A DNA stretch of 64,000 bases from Coriobacteriia bacterium (GTDB lineage Bacteria; Actinomycetota; Coriobacteriia; Coriobacteriales; QAMH01): positions 92,603 to 156,602 of the forward strand of contig QAMH01000007.1 of the NCBI GenBank assembly GCA_003149935.1, read 5' to 3'. This document shows positions 27,625 to 37,727 of this stretch, piece after piece. The first letter of the stretch is position 1. Each line of letters starts with the position of its first letter. Under the pieces are notes generated by a model, which saw only the letters and a list, made by a program, of their open reading frames with translations, searched no databases and had not been told where the DNA came from. Made by a program: the position numbers and the translations under genes.

Positions 27625-30171
27625 ATGACTGATCAATATGCACCGCTCGAAGGGCAGCTCGAAGAAGTCAAGTGCAAACTCCTTGCCCGCCACGAAGGTG
27701 AGACCATCGAGTTTTCCACCTGCCCCAACAACGGATGCTTTGACATGTGCGTGCTCAAGCAGCATGTCAAGAACGGCAAGGTCGTTTCCATCGAGACCGA
27801 CGATAGCATTCACAAGGGCATGGGACGCGAGGATAAGTACTGTCCTTGGGAGGACATACAGCTGGGCATGTATCAAAAGCGTGCCTGCGTACGCGGCCGC
27901 GGCCAGCGTTCCGACGCCTATTCGCCGACGCGCCTGCTCTATCCCATGAAGCGCAAGGGCCCCAAGCCATCCTGGGACTTCGAGCGCATCAGCTGGGACG
28001 AGGCACTAGACGAAATCGCCAACAAATACATGGAGACCCGCGAGAAGTATGGCCCCTTGAGCGTCTATTCCGATGGCATGCAGGGCCAAACCTGGGATCC
28101 GTTTGGCGAGTACATGGGCGGCGCCATCGCCCTGTGGGGCGAGGACTCCTTCGAGCCCACCAACACCGCCGACATGCTCACCTACAACATCCAGAACACC
28201 CTTTGCTTCGGCATTGACGGCCTGTCCGAAAACCAGACCTTCTTCGACGCCAAGGCAATCATTCTCATCGGCTTCGATGCGGCAATCAACTATCCCGAGA
28301 CGGTCTACTACCTGCTGCTGGCCAAGGAAAAGGGCGTGCCCATCATCACCATCGACCCACGCTACACCTGGACTGCCGAGGCCATCGGCACCCAGCACAT
28401 CTTCATCCGCCCGGGCACCGACCTTGCCCTGCTCGAGGCCATGGCCTATGTGCTCTTCAGCGAGGAGCTCTACGACAAGGAATTCTGCGATCAGTGGGTC
28501 GAGCCTGAGGGCTTCGAGCTCTATCGCGCCTACATCACCGGCATCGCCGATGGCGAGATTCCCAAGACGCCCGAATGGGCCGAGGGCATCACCGGCATTC
28601 CCGCCGAGACTATCTACGATCTCGCCCGCTTCTATGGAGAAGCCAAACCCTGCTACATCCGCATGGTTTGGGCAGCAGCTCGGCAGGTCTACGGCAAACA
28701 GGCGGCTCGTGGCCTCAACTATCTGCAGGCCCTTGGCGGCAACATCGGCCACAACGGCTGCGCAGGCTCCGGTGTCGGCTTCTCCGGCGCCGAGCACATC
28801 ATGACACCCTTTGCCTTCATGCCGCAGTTCATGGGCGAGACCGGGCCCACCACCCCGGCTACCGTCTGTATGGAGGCCGAAATGTGGCATCGCGCCATAC
28901 TCCTTCGCCAGAAGGTCGACGCTGGTGAGATGGACCTCGAGGATTACAAAGCCGAGATCGGCTGCCCCAAGAACACTGAGGCGCCGAACATCCACATGAT
29001 GCTTTGCATCAACTCCAACCGCAATCACCTCTCGGGCTGGTACGGCTGCAACGAACGTCGCGAGGCCATGCTCGCCGTGGATTACATCGCCTTTGCCCAC
29101 TACAATCTCAGGCACCCGAGCATTCCCTATGCCGACATCGTCCTTCCCATTTCGAGTCCGTTCATCGAGGGCGTGAACCAAATCCCCTCCTCGCCTCATA
29201 TGGGAAGCTACACCATCGGCATTAACACGGGCACCCAAAACGCCATGATGTATGGCCGTGGTGGCGGCGACCTTCCTGGCGAGACGCGCCCCATGGGTTG
29301 GATCATCAAGCAGATTGCCGATCGCATGGGTATTGGCGACAAGATCATGCCCGTCATGGAAAGCGTCGGCTGGGAACAATGGGCCGACAAGACCGAAGAA
29401 GTCGCCCATGACGTGTACGACTTCTGGAAGAACATACCCGCGCCCGACGGCCAGATGATGCCCGACGTTCCCGAATGGGAGGAGTTCAGGAAGTATCCCA
29501 TCTACCGCCGCCCTATGGATAGCGGCTATCATGTCTTTGCCCGCGCCCAGATAGAAGGCGGTGCGCCCTTCCCGACCCAGTCCGGCAAGATCGAGTTCTA
29601 TAGCAAGTGGGTTGCGGAAAACGACCTTACTGTCGCACCCTATCCCGATGCGGGCCAGAAGTGCTTTGGCAAGGGCAATCTGCCGCCCATGGCCAAGTAC
29701 AAGCACACCCCTGAGGGCATGATGTCGCCAAAGACCTTGGACTATCCGCTCTACATGGTCACGCCGCATTCCTTCTATCGCCACCACTGCGCCTACGACC
29801 ACAGCCTCTGGTACCGCGACGAATTCCGCAACTCCGTGTGGATGAGCGTCTCGGACGCCAAGGCCCGTGGCATTAAGGATGGCGATAAGGTGCATGTGCA
29901 CTCCACCGTGGGCGAATGTCTTCTCACTGCCTATGTCACGAGCCGCATGACCCCCGGCGTCTGCTGCATCATCTTTGGCCGCTGGTACGAGCCGAGCGGC
30001 ATCAAGACCGAGCTCATGCCCGGCGGCATCGATACGCGCGGCGACTGTAACTTCCTCATCCCGTCAGACTTCTACGATGACGTGCTCGGCGCTGACCTCA
30101 ATAACGCGCTCGTTCAAATCGAGCTGGCAGAAGACTACCTCAAGCTCGACAAGCTCATGGAGGTGAAGTAA
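27625..30171 (+). CDS. DmsA-like molybdopterin (bis-MGD) oxidoreductase catalytic subunit, cytoplasmic type (848 aa)
   Basis: N-terminal Cys group CPNNGCFDMC...ACVRG, MopB core and a DmsA-like C-terminus (...GIKDGDKVHVHSTVGECLLTAYVTSRMTPGV...). No twin-arginine motif. Confidence 0.9.
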   Translation: MTDQYAPLEGQLEEVKCKLLARHEGETIEFSTCPNNGCFDMCVLKQHVKNGKVVSIETDDSIHKGMGREDKYCPWEDIQLGMYQKRACVRGRGQRSDAYSPTRLLYPMKRKGPKPSWDFERISWDEALDEIANKYMETREKYGPLSVYSDGMQGQTWDPFGEYMGGAIALWGEDSFEPTNTADMLTYNIQNTLCFGIDGLSENQTFFDAKAIILIGFDAAINYPETVYYLLLAKEKGVPIITIDPRYTWTAEAIGTQHIFIRPGTDLALLEAMAYVLFSEELYDKEFCDQWVEPEGFELYRAYITGIADGEIPKTPEWAEGITGIPAETIYDLARFYGEAKPCYIRMVWAAARQVYGKQAARGLNYLQALGGNIGHNGCAGSGVGFSGAEHIMTPFAFMPQFMGETGPTTPATVCMEAEMWHRAILLRQKVDAGEMDLEDYKAEIGCPKNTEAPNIHMMLCINSNRNHLSGWYGCNERREAMLAVDYIAFAHYNLRHPSIPYADIVLPISSPFIEGVNQIPSSPHMGSYTIGINTGTQNAMMYGRGGGDLPGETRPMGWIIKQIADRMGIGDKIMPVMESVGWEQWADKTEEVAHDVYDFWKNIPAPDGQMMPDVPEWEEFRKYPIYRRPMDSGYHVFARAQIEGGAPFPTQSGKIEFYSKWVAENDLTVAPYPDAGQKCFGKGNLPPMAKYKHTPEGMMSPKTLDYPLYMVTPHSFYRHHCAYDHSLWYRDEFRNSVWMSVSDAKARGIKDGDKVHVHSTVGECLLTAYVTSRMTPGVCCIIFGRWYEPSGIKTELMPGGIDTRGDCNFLIPSDFYDDVLGADLNNALVQIELAEDYLKLDKLMEVK

Positions 30172-30173
30172 CC

Positions 30174-30932
30174 ATGACCCAGTACGCATTCTTCTTTGAC
30201 CAGAGCCGTTGCACAAATTGCCATGCCTGCGCCGTGGCCTGCAAGGACTGGAACTATGGAGAGGAAATCGAGTCCACCAACGTTAAATGGCTGCGCATGA
30301 TGCAGTGGGAAAAGGGCGTCTATCCGGAAGTCGAGATGCACACGCTCATGGCCACCTGCTACCACTGTGAAAAGCCCATTTGCGTGGATTCCTGTCCCAA
30401 CCATGCGCTCTTCAAGGAAGACGAGTTCGGCGCCGTCCTGCTCGATTCCGACAAGTGCAAGGGCACCCGTCAATGCTGGGTTGCCTGCCCTTATGGCGCT
30501 CCCCAATACGAGGATAACGCCCCTGGCACGCCCATGAGCAAGTGCACGATGTGTTATGACAGGCTCGTGGAGGGCGAACTGCCCATCTGCGTGGCCGCAT
30601 GCCCCCAGCGCGCGCTCGACTTTGGCCCCATCGAGGAGATGCGGGAGCGCTATGGCGATCTCGCGGCCCTCGAGGACATGCCCTCACCCGACACAGTGCA
30701 GCCCGCCGTCGTTTTCAAGCCGAGGACGACCAAGCAAAAGCACGTGAAGTATGACCCGTCCAAAGTTCTTGACATCATGGGGATCCGCGCCGACACGGGC
30801 TTCCCTGACATCTACGAAAAGCACGAGGATGTCACGCAGGTTTGGGATGGCCTCGTTGGCTATGACAAGCTCGTCATGAAAGCGGCAAGTGTGGAGGAGA
30901 CGCTTGCCCGCTCAAAGAACGAAGACGGCTGA
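30174..30932 (+). CDS. DmsB-like 4Fe-4S cluster subunit (252 aa)
   Basis: CTNCHACAVACK, CYHCEKPICVDSCP, CKGTRQCWVACP and CTMCYDR...CVAACP motifs. Starts 3 nt after the catalytic subunit stop. Confidence 0.9.
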   Translation: MTQYAFFFDQSRCTNCHACAVACKDWNYGEEIESTNVKWLRMMQWEKGVYPEVEMHTLMATCYHCEKPICVDSCPNHALFKEDEFGAVLLDSDKCKGTRQCWVACPYGAPQYEDNAPGTPMSKCTMCYDRLVEGELPICVAACPQRALDFGPIEEMRERYGDLAALEDMPSPDTVQPAVVFKPRTTKQKHVKYDPSKVLDIMGIRADTGFPDIYEKHEDVTQVWDGLVGYDKLVMKAASVEETLARSKNEDG

Positions 30933-31080
30933 TACCCCTTTTCCGTGGATGGGCCGGCCTCTAGCAGCCCCCGCTGTCGGCCCATTCGCTTCTCTCATGC
31001 TACCAAGGGCGTGGCGTGCATCACGCGAAGCGTGACACCAAGATGCGTCCTTGACCCCCAACTCCAAGGAGGGAATCATT

Positions 31081-31527
31081 ATGGCTATTCACTCTGGGCA
31101 TACGTCCATTTGCGTATCCGACATGGGCCGCGCGCTCGATTTCTACTGCGGCGTCTTGGGCCTGAAGATGTCAAAGGATTACGGAACCACGCCTGCCGAT
31201 GGCCTAACGCGCGTTTCGGGTTCCACCATGACTTTCAACTTGCTTGAAGACTCCGAGGGAAACCAATGCGTCGAGCTCTTCCAGTTCGAAAACATCCGCC
31301 AGCGCAAGTTCGATGGCACCTCGCGTCATGAGGACTTCTGGTCGAGCCATGTCTGCTTCCTCTTCGATCCGGAAAGCATCGATGAGGTCTACCAGCGCAT
31401 CGTGGATTCGGGGGCGGGTATCGACATACCCCTTTCCGACATGGACGGCGGCAAGTTCGCCTATGTCTATGACCCTGACGGTTACATGGTTGAGCTCGTC
31501 ACCTGGTATAACGGCCGCGCGGAATAG
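31081..31527 (+). CDS. VOC/glyoxalase-fold protein
   Basis: GHTSICVSDMGRALDFYCGVLGLK... and ...YVYDPDGYMVEL. Start at ATG 31081 behind an AAGGAGGG RBS. Confidence 0.8.
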   Translation: MAIHSGHTSICVSDMGRALDFYCGVLGLKMSKDYGTTPADGLTRVSGSTMTFNLLEDSEGNQCVELFQFENIRQRKFDGTSRHEDFWSSHVCFLFDPESIDEVYQRIVDSGAGIDIPLSDMDGGKFAYVYDPDGYMVELVTWYNGRAE

Positions 31528-31616
31528 GCCCGCTTCGGGCGAACATCGTCTCCTGACATCGCTCGTGTTTGTACAGGCCGAGCTTTGCTCGGCTCGCCTT
31601 CAGAAAGGATACAGCA

Positions 31617-32360
31617 ATGTCTTATGCAATCGTTACCGGCGCAAGCCGTGGCCTTGGCGCCGGAATGGCAAAGAAACTGGCCCAAATGGGCTACGATGTC
31701 GTCGTTAACTACACCTCCGAGTCAAGCGCCGAGAAGGCCCAAACCGTCGCAGATGATATTATCGGCGTCTACAATAAGAAGGCTCTTGTGGTCAAGGCCG
31801 ACATGTCTACCCTCGAAGGCTGCGAGCAGTTGGTTTATGAGTCGCGCGAGCATTTCGGCGACGACATTGCAGTGCTTATCAACAATGCCGGCATCTCCCA
31901 GACTCAGGATTTCCTTGACACCTCGCTCGAGCGCATTAAGTTCATTGTCGACACCAACCTCATGAGCGTGCTCTACATGAGCCGCCTAGTCTATCCCCTC
32001 ATGGTGGATAAGGGCAAAGGTTGCGTCATCGACATCGCCTCCACCGGCGGCATCAACGGCTGCCAGGGACAAATCGTTTACACGGCCACCAAGGCGGGCA
32101 TCATCGGCCTGGTCAAGGGCTTCACGGCCGAGTTCGCGCATTTGGGCATACGCACTAACGCCATCGCCCCCGGCCTCACCGAAACCGACATTATCCGTGG
32201 CCTGGGCGAAGAGGCCATCGAGTACTGCAAGAACACCAACCCCATGCGCGACAACGGCACCGTTGATGATATCGTCGATGCCATGGAATACCTGGTGAAG
32301 ACGCGCTTCGTGTGCGGTCAGACCATCGTTGTCGATGGCGGCGGATCGGTGGTTGCCTGA
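31617..32360 (+). CDS. Short-chain dehydrogenase/reductase (SDR)
   Basis: VTGASRGLGAGMA and YTATKAGI (YxxxK). Start at ATG 31617. Confidence 0.9.
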   Translation: MSYAIVTGASRGLGAGMAKKLAQMGYDVVVNYTSESSAEKAQTVADDIIGVYNKKALVVKADMSTLEGCEQLVYESREHFGDDIAVLINNAGISQTQDFLDTSLERIKFIVDTNLMSVLYMSRLVYPLMVDKGKGCVIDIASTGGINGCQGQIVYTATKAGIIGLVKGFTAEFAHLGIRTNAIAPGLTETDIIRGLGEEAIEYCKNTNPMRDNGTVDDIVDAMEYLVKTRFVCGQTIVVDGGGSVVA

Positions 32361-33655
32361 TGGATACGACCGTCGATGCAAAGGCGAGGCAGTCAAAGTC
32401 ACGCGCCAACAAGGTTCTCATTGGCTGCATACTGCTCATTGCCGTCGAATATGGCACGCTCAACATACTGTCGCTCTACATTGAGCCCATCTGCACGACA
32501 CTGGGGGTGGACGCGACGGCCGTCTCGTTCATGTTCACAATCACGAACATCGTGAGCGTTGCTTCGGGTTTCCTCGTCGCCCTGCTCATCGAGAAGGTGA
32601 ACCCGCGCCTCATCATGTTTACGGGCGTCATCTGCTTCATGCTCTTCTTCGGCATCCTCTACGTGGCCACGAGCATCGTCATGATCTACGTGGGCGCCGT
32701 ATTCTATGGCGTGAGCCAGGTGTTCGTTGGTTTTGCCGTGACCCAGCCGCTCATTAGCTGGTGGCATGCCAAAAACGTCGGCATGAAGATGAGCTCCCTC
32801 TCTCTTGCCATGTCCGTGGGCGCGCTCATCATGGCGCCTACCATCGGTAGCGCGCTTCCCGCCTTGGGCATGCCGGGAACGGTGCTTGTCAACGGCGGCG
32901 TCCTGGGCGTGCTCATGCTCATCGCCGTAGCCTTTCTCATCTCGGGCAAACCCGAGACCTATGGCCTCAAGCCATACGGCTACGAGGAGGCCCAAGAAGA
33001 GGTCGCCCAAGAGGAGCTCGCCGGGGAAGCATCGGTTGCAAGCGGCCTCACCTTCAAGCAGTGCCTCAAGACCTATCCCTTCTGGGCCATACTCTTTGTG
33101 CCCTTCCTGCTCTACATCCCGGGCAATGGCTTCGTCACTAACGAGGCCGTGATTTTTCAGTCCTGCGGCTTCGATTCTGGCGGAGTGAGCATGCTCATGT
33201 CCGTCTATAGCGGGTGCATGATCGTCTGGGTGCTTCTCTACGGATTCTTGAGCGACCATATCGGGCCAGCCAAGGCAAGCATCATCTATGCCATCGGCGG
33301 TATCGTATGCCTGCTGGGATTCGTCATCCTCGGCGGTCAGGCTGGAGCCATCTTCCTAGCCGTCACTATCGGCATCATCAACTCCTTCAGCGGCATGATT
33401 GCGGCCATCATGTTCGGCAAGCTCTTTGGTACCCGCGCTGTTGGAACGCTCATAGCTGTCGGCAATATCGTGGGTGGCGTGGCTGCGGCAGTCGCCCCTC
33501 CCATTGCGAGCTTCATCAACGCGGCGACGGGCAGCTTTACGGCATTTATGGTGCTTTCTGCCGTTATAGTTGTCGTGGTGCTTTTCTTGCTCGTTACGGC
33601 GACGTCCAAGAGGCAAGTAGCCAGGATTCAGGCGCTTGAGGCCTCAGGGGAGTAA
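32360..33655 (+). CDS. MFS transporter
   Basis: About 12 hydrophobic helices with a central loop. ATGA start/stop overlap with the SDR gene. Confidence 0.85.
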   Translation: MDTTVDAKARQSKSRANKVLIGCILLIAVEYGTLNILSLYIEPICTTLGVDATAVSFMFTITNIVSVASGFLVALLIEKVNPRLIMFTGVICFMLFFGILYVATSIVMIYVGAVFYGVSQVFVGFAVTQPLISWWHAKNVGMKMSSLSLAMSVGALIMAPTIGSALPALGMPGTVLVNGGVLGVLMLIAVAFLISGKPETYGLKPYGYEEAQEEVAQEELAGEASVASGLTFKQCLKTYPFWAILFVPFLLYIPGNGFVTNEAVIFQSCGFDSGGVSMLMSVYSGCMIVWVLLYGFLSDHIGPAKASIIYAIGGIVCLLGFVILGGQAGAIFLAVTIGIINSFSGMIAAIMFGKLFGTRAVGTLIAVGNIVGGVAAAVAPPIASFINAATGSFTAFMVLSAVIVVVVLFLLVTATSKRQVARIQALEASGE

Positions 33656-33751
33656 GGGCAGGGGTTCCGGGCAACGGATGTCTGCGGCATTGCTCGTCTC
33701 GTGCTGGAGCCGAGCATTGCTCGGCCCGCCGCAACCAAGTTACGAAAGGCC

Positions 33752-34249
33752 ATGGTCATGACCATTGATGAAACGGACAAGGAGGCATCCGCCTACGCCC
33801 TCGAGTTGTTCGCCCAGCACCCCGAGCCCACAGGTCGGCTGCTATTCGTCTTGAACGGGCTTCAGGAGCGCTTTCGCTACCTTCCCGCCAGCGCCTGCGA
33901 GGTTATTGCCAGCGAGCTCGGGCTCGAAGACTCCGACGTTCGCGCCTTCGCCAGCGCCTTTCGCAACTACTCGCTCGATCCCGTGGGCCGCGTCGTAGTG
34001 GAGGTATGCGATGGCGCGGCCTGCCATGCCGCCGGTGCCGAAAAGCTCATCGCCAAATTGGAGGGCCAGCTTGGCATCAAGTGCGGCACCACAAGCGATG
34101 ATGGCCTCTTCACACTGCGCACGGTGCGCTGTGTGGGATCATGCTCGGCGGCTCCCATCACAGTCATAGAAGGCGACGTCCGCGGTCACATGCGCATCTC
34201 CCAGATGGGCGACCTAATCTCGCAGATTAAGGGGCTTGCCAATGAATAG
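33752..34249 (+). CDS. NuoE/HydC-like thioredoxin-fold [2Fe-2S] protein
   Basis: VCDGAACHAAG...VRCVGSCSAAP Cys pattern typical of the 24-kDa subunit family. Start at ATG 33752. Confidence 0.8.
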   Translation: MVMTIDETDKEASAYALELFAQHPEPTGRLLFVLNGLQERFRYLPASACEVIASELGLEDSDVRAFASAFRNYSLDPVGRVVVEVCDGAACHAAGAEKLIAKLEGQLGIKCGTTSDDGLFTLRTVRCVGSCSAAPITVIEGDVRGHMRISQMGDLISQIKGLANE

Positions 34250-36101
34250 TGAAGCACTCGAGAGCTTGCGTCGGTGCGGTAAGGCCCAGCTGGGCACGTA
34301 CCCCCGCATAACGGTGGGCCTCGGCACCTGCGGTAACGCTGCCGGAGCCCAGAAGGTCTACGACGCTTTCCAGGAGACCCTTGCCGGCGCTATAGCCGAA
34401 GGCCGCGTGCGCTTGGACGGCGTCGGCTGCCGAGGCGCCTGCTGGGCCGAGCCTCTCGTTGAGGTGCAGATGGGAGACGGGCGCAGCTATGTCTTTGCCA
34501 ACGTGACCGAGGGCCGCGCCCCCATCATCGCCAAGCAGGTTCTGGCAGGCAAGCTCAACGCCCGCCGCTGCATCGGTTACTACCAGTGCGGCGCAGATTC
34601 CGAAGATGTTTCCTCTCCCTTGCTTGCACAGGTTGAGGACCTCGCATCGGGCCAGAGTCGTTACTTGATGGGCCCTTGCGGCTACCTTGACCCGCTCTCC
34701 TTGGAGCAATATGCCGCGATCGGAGGATTGCGCGCCCTTCAGGCGACGCTATCTAAAGGCGGTGCCGAAGAGGTTCTTCTCAAGCTGGGAGAGGCGGGCC
34801 TGCGTGGGCGCGGAGGCGCAGGCTTTCCCACGGCTCAGAAGTGGCGTGCCGCGGCAGACTCCGACGACCCCGTGCGCTATGTCATCGTCAACGGCGACGA
34901 AGGCGATCCTGGAGCCTATATGGACCGCACACTCATGGAATCGGCCCCTTACCAGGTGCTTGAGGGTGCGCTTCTCGCTGCCGTAGGCATTGGCGCCCAC
35001 GAGGTCATCGTTTTCGTGCGAAGCGAGTACAAGCAGGCCTGCACGACCCTCGAGCGCGCCGTCCAGGTGCTGCGCGAGAACGGGGTCATCGGGCCAAACG
35101 CTCTTGGCAGCGGCTACGGGCTCGACGTCTTTGTCGAGAAAAGCGCCGGATCTTTTGTGTGCGGGGAGGAGACGGCGCTCATCGCTGCGTTTGAAGGTCG
35201 CATACCTCGACCCTCGAAAAAGCCGCCCTATCCCGCGGAGCGTGGCCTGTTCGGGCATCCCACAGTCATCGACAACGTCGAGACTCTCGCCAACGCACCC
35301 CTCATCGTTGCCGGCGGCGTTGGGTCCTTTCGCAGCCATGGCACGGTCCTGTGCCCGGGTACCAAGACCATCTGCCTCACCGGTGCCGTCAATCGAACGG
35401 GCGTGGTCGAAGTTGACATGGGCACGCCGCTGTCCCACGTGGTCTGCGAGCTTGGTGGTGTCGACGAGGCCAGCGTCAAGGCGGTGCAGCTCGGAGGTCC
35501 TTCCGGGGCTTTCATCGCCCAAGGCGAACTCGGCATGCCCCTCGACTTCGAGAGCATCGCCCAGGAGGGTACCATCATGGGCTCTGGAGGCGCGCTTGTC
35601 ATCGGGCAGGGCGATTGCGTCGTTGACCTCACCCGCTACCTCATGGAGTTTTGCGCCGAGGAGTCCTGCGGACGTTGCAAGCCTTGCGCCGGTGGGACAA
35701 GGGAGTGCGCTCGCATTTTGGAGCGCCTGTGTGACGGCCAGGGGCATCCGGAGGATCTGGATGGGCTTGAGGATTTGGGGAACGCAATGATGCGCGGCTC
35801 TCTTTGCGGTTTGGGCAAGTCCGCCTCAGGACCGTTGCTCAGCGCGATCGCGCAATTTCGCCCTGAGTTCGAGGCCCATATTGAGGGTACGTGCCCCAGC
35901 GCCGTATGCCGCAGCCTGGTGCAGCTCGTCATCGTGCCCGAAAAGTGCCAAGGCGAGCGCTGCTGCCTGGGGACCTGCCCCGGAAACGCCGTCAAAGGCA
36001 AGTTCGGCAAGCCTGGCACCATCGACCCGCGCCTGTGCGAGAAGTGCTTCACTTGCATCGACGCCTGCCCCTACGACGCCATAAAGGTGCTTCCCAGCTG
36101 A
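34242..36101 (+). CDS. NuoF/HydB-like NAD(H)- and FMN-binding Fe-S flavoprotein with C-terminal 2x[4Fe-4S] domain
   Basis: GRGGAGFPTAQKW, FVCGEETALIAAFEG and ESCGRCKPCAGGTRE motifs. N-terminal thioredoxin-like extension and C-terminal CxxCxxCxxxCP-type ferredoxin domain. Start overlaps the upstream stop. Confidence 0.85.
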   Translation: MNSEALESLRRCGKAQLGTYPRITVGLGTCGNAAGAQKVYDAFQETLAGAIAEGRVRLDGVGCRGACWAEPLVEVQMGDGRSYVFANVTEGRAPIIAKQVLAGKLNARRCIGYYQCGADSEDVSSPLLAQVEDLASGQSRYLMGPCGYLDPLSLEQYAAIGGLRALQATLSKGGAEEVLLKLGEAGLRGRGGAGFPTAQKWRAAADSDDPVRYVIVNGDEGDPGAYMDRTLMESAPYQVLEGALLAAVGIGAHEVIVFVRSEYKQACTTLERAVQVLRENGVIGPNALGSGYGLDVFVEKSAGSFVCGEETALIAAFEGRIPRPSKKPPYPAERGLFGHPTVIDNVETLANAPLIVAGGVGSFRSHGTVLCPGTKTICLTGAVNRTGVVEVDMGTPLSHVVCELGGVDEASVKAVQLGGPSGAFIAQGELGMPLDFESIAQEGTIMGSGGALVIGQGDCVVDLTRYLMEFCAEESCGRCKPCAGGTRECARILERLCDGQGHPEDLDGLEDLGNAMMRGSLCGLGKSASGPLLSAIAQFRPEFEAHIEGTCPSAVCRSLVQLVIVPEKCQGERCCLGTCPGNAVKGKFGKPGTIDPRLCEKCFTCIDACPYDAIKVLPS

Positions 36102-36330
36102 ATGTGTCAAGTTGTGTCAAGTCACCGTATGGCGGGCTCAGGCGAGCATTGGCAATCGTCACCTTATGGCTAAATCGTCCGCACCCCCATAGCTATAGTT
36201 CTGACATGGCAAAAATCGACATCACGCGCGAAGCTTGACTAGCGCGAAGGCAGTCGGCTGATGGCTGCATTATCACGCTTTTGGTTCTCGTTATATGGCG
36301 CAACAATACCAATTATGGTATGGTTCTGCC

Positions 36331-36864
36331 ATGAGCTATTACGACGACATATACGAGATTGCCGTAGATAACCACGGGTACGTCTCCACGGAAACGGCCT
36401 CAAGGGTCGGGGTCCCGGCTGTAGAGCTCGCGAAGCTGGCTCACAGGGGAAGGCTGGAGAACATCTCTCGGGGGCTCTACCGCCTTACCCGGTTCGTCCC
36501 TACCGAGAACGGCTCTTATGCGGAAGCTGTGGCGAGACTTGGAGGCGACGCGTACCTATTCGGCGAGTCCGTCATAGCCATGCTCGGACTCGCTCCGACA
36601 AACCCGAGCTACATCTGCGTGGCGACCCCCCATCGCACTAGGCGCAAGCTTCCAGCCTATATAAGGGTGAAGAAGCCAGGGAAAGGCGACACGGTCACCT
36701 CATATGACGGAATCCCGAGCCAGGATGTCGCGACGGCCGTTCGAAGCGCAAAGGCGACGATGATGGACGAGCGACTGCGAGATGCCGTGGAGGAGGCGAG
36801 ATGCCAGGGGTATCTCAGGCGCGATGATTACGAGAGCCTCAAGAAAGACATGGGATGGGAATGA
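36331..36864 (+). CDS. abiEi: AbiEi-type antitoxin/transcriptional regulator (type IV TA)
   Basis: N-terminal wHTH (...GYVSTETASRVGVPAVELAKLAHRGRLENISRGLYRL...) and position directly upstream of an AbiEii-type nucleotidyltransferase. Confidence 0.75.
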   Translation: MSYYDDIYEIAVDNHGYVSTETASRVGVPAVELAKLAHRGRLENISRGLYRLTRFVPTENGSYAEAVARLGGDAYLFGESVIAMLGLAPTNPSYICVATPHRTRRKLPAYIRVKKPGKGDTVTSYDGIPSQDVATAVRSAKATMMDERLRDAVEEARCQGYLRRDDYESLKKDMGWE

Positions 36865-36893
36865 AGTGACCAAACAGTCAGCGCAACCTCGAC

Positions 36894-37639
36894 ATGGCGA
36901 TCCGCCGCCTCGGCGCAGGTGAGAAAGCCTTCCTTTCGAACCGGAGCATCATCGCAAACGCGATCGTCGGACAGCTGATGGCCGGAGCCGTGGTGAAAGG
37001 CGGCTCGTCCCTGAAGATACGCTTCGGGAACGCGGCAACGAGAGCGACCACCGACTTCGATGCCGCGAGGTCTGTCGGCGAATACGAGTTCGAGGAAGGG
37101 TTCGCGAAAGTTTGGCAACAGGATGGGAGGGCTTCACGGGCCGACTTGTCGAGCTGCCGAAGGCGCATCCGGAAGGCGTCCCAGAGCCGTACGTCATGCA
37201 GCCCTACGCAGTCAAGCTGAGCTATCTGGGAAGACCGTGGTGCACCGTCGACCTGGAGCTGGGCTACAACGAGCTCGGAGATGCCGACCACGCCGATATG
37301 GTGGTTCCCGCCGATGCGAACGAACTGCTTGCCGCGATGGGGCTTCCGGAGTTCGGACCGATTCCGCTCATGGCCCTTCATTACCAGATTGCCCAGAAGC
37401 TCCATGGCGCATCGGAGCCGGGAAGCCAAAGGGCTCATGACTTGGTCGACCTTCAGATCATGGTCGAAAACGGCGAAATAGAACTTCGCGCGACAAGAAA
37501 TACGTGCATCCGCCTGTTTTCATATCGGCGCATGCAAGCGTGGCCTCCTGAGTTCCATCTTTTTGCGAAGAAGGGCAGGGGCGTGATGATGCATGGCGGC
37601 AAAGACGATTGGCTCTGCAGGAAAGCTTTGAGAATATAG
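36894..37639 (+). pseudogene. abiEii: AbiEii-type nucleotidyltransferase toxin, frameshifted
   Basis: KGGSSLKIRFG...TTDFDAA NTase motif. ORF pieces 36894-37220 and 37112-37639 join (..EEGFAK|SLATGWEGF..) if one A is added to the AAA run at 37107-37109. Confidence 0.7.
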
Positions 37640-37727
37640 TCGCAGATTCGAAAACCTTCGGGTTTTACAAGGGCCGATCTCGCGGGATTGGCCCTAGTTT
37701 TACCCAGCCCTCTTTTACGATCCTCCA

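Noticed and set aside
27625-27720. Periplasmic (Tat-exported) respiratory DmsABC-type complexes
   Set aside because: None of the three complete catalytic subunits shows a twin-arginine motif at any plausible start, and no DmsC/NrfD-like anchor gene follows any of them.
36102-36330. Direct repeat TGTGTCAAGT x2 and GTCACC(G/T)TATGGC x2 at the cargo/backbone boundary as an internal att site
   Set aside because: The repeats are short, have no matching partner elsewhere in the window and no adjacent recombinase. They may be promoter or operator elements for abiEi. The evidence is insufficient.
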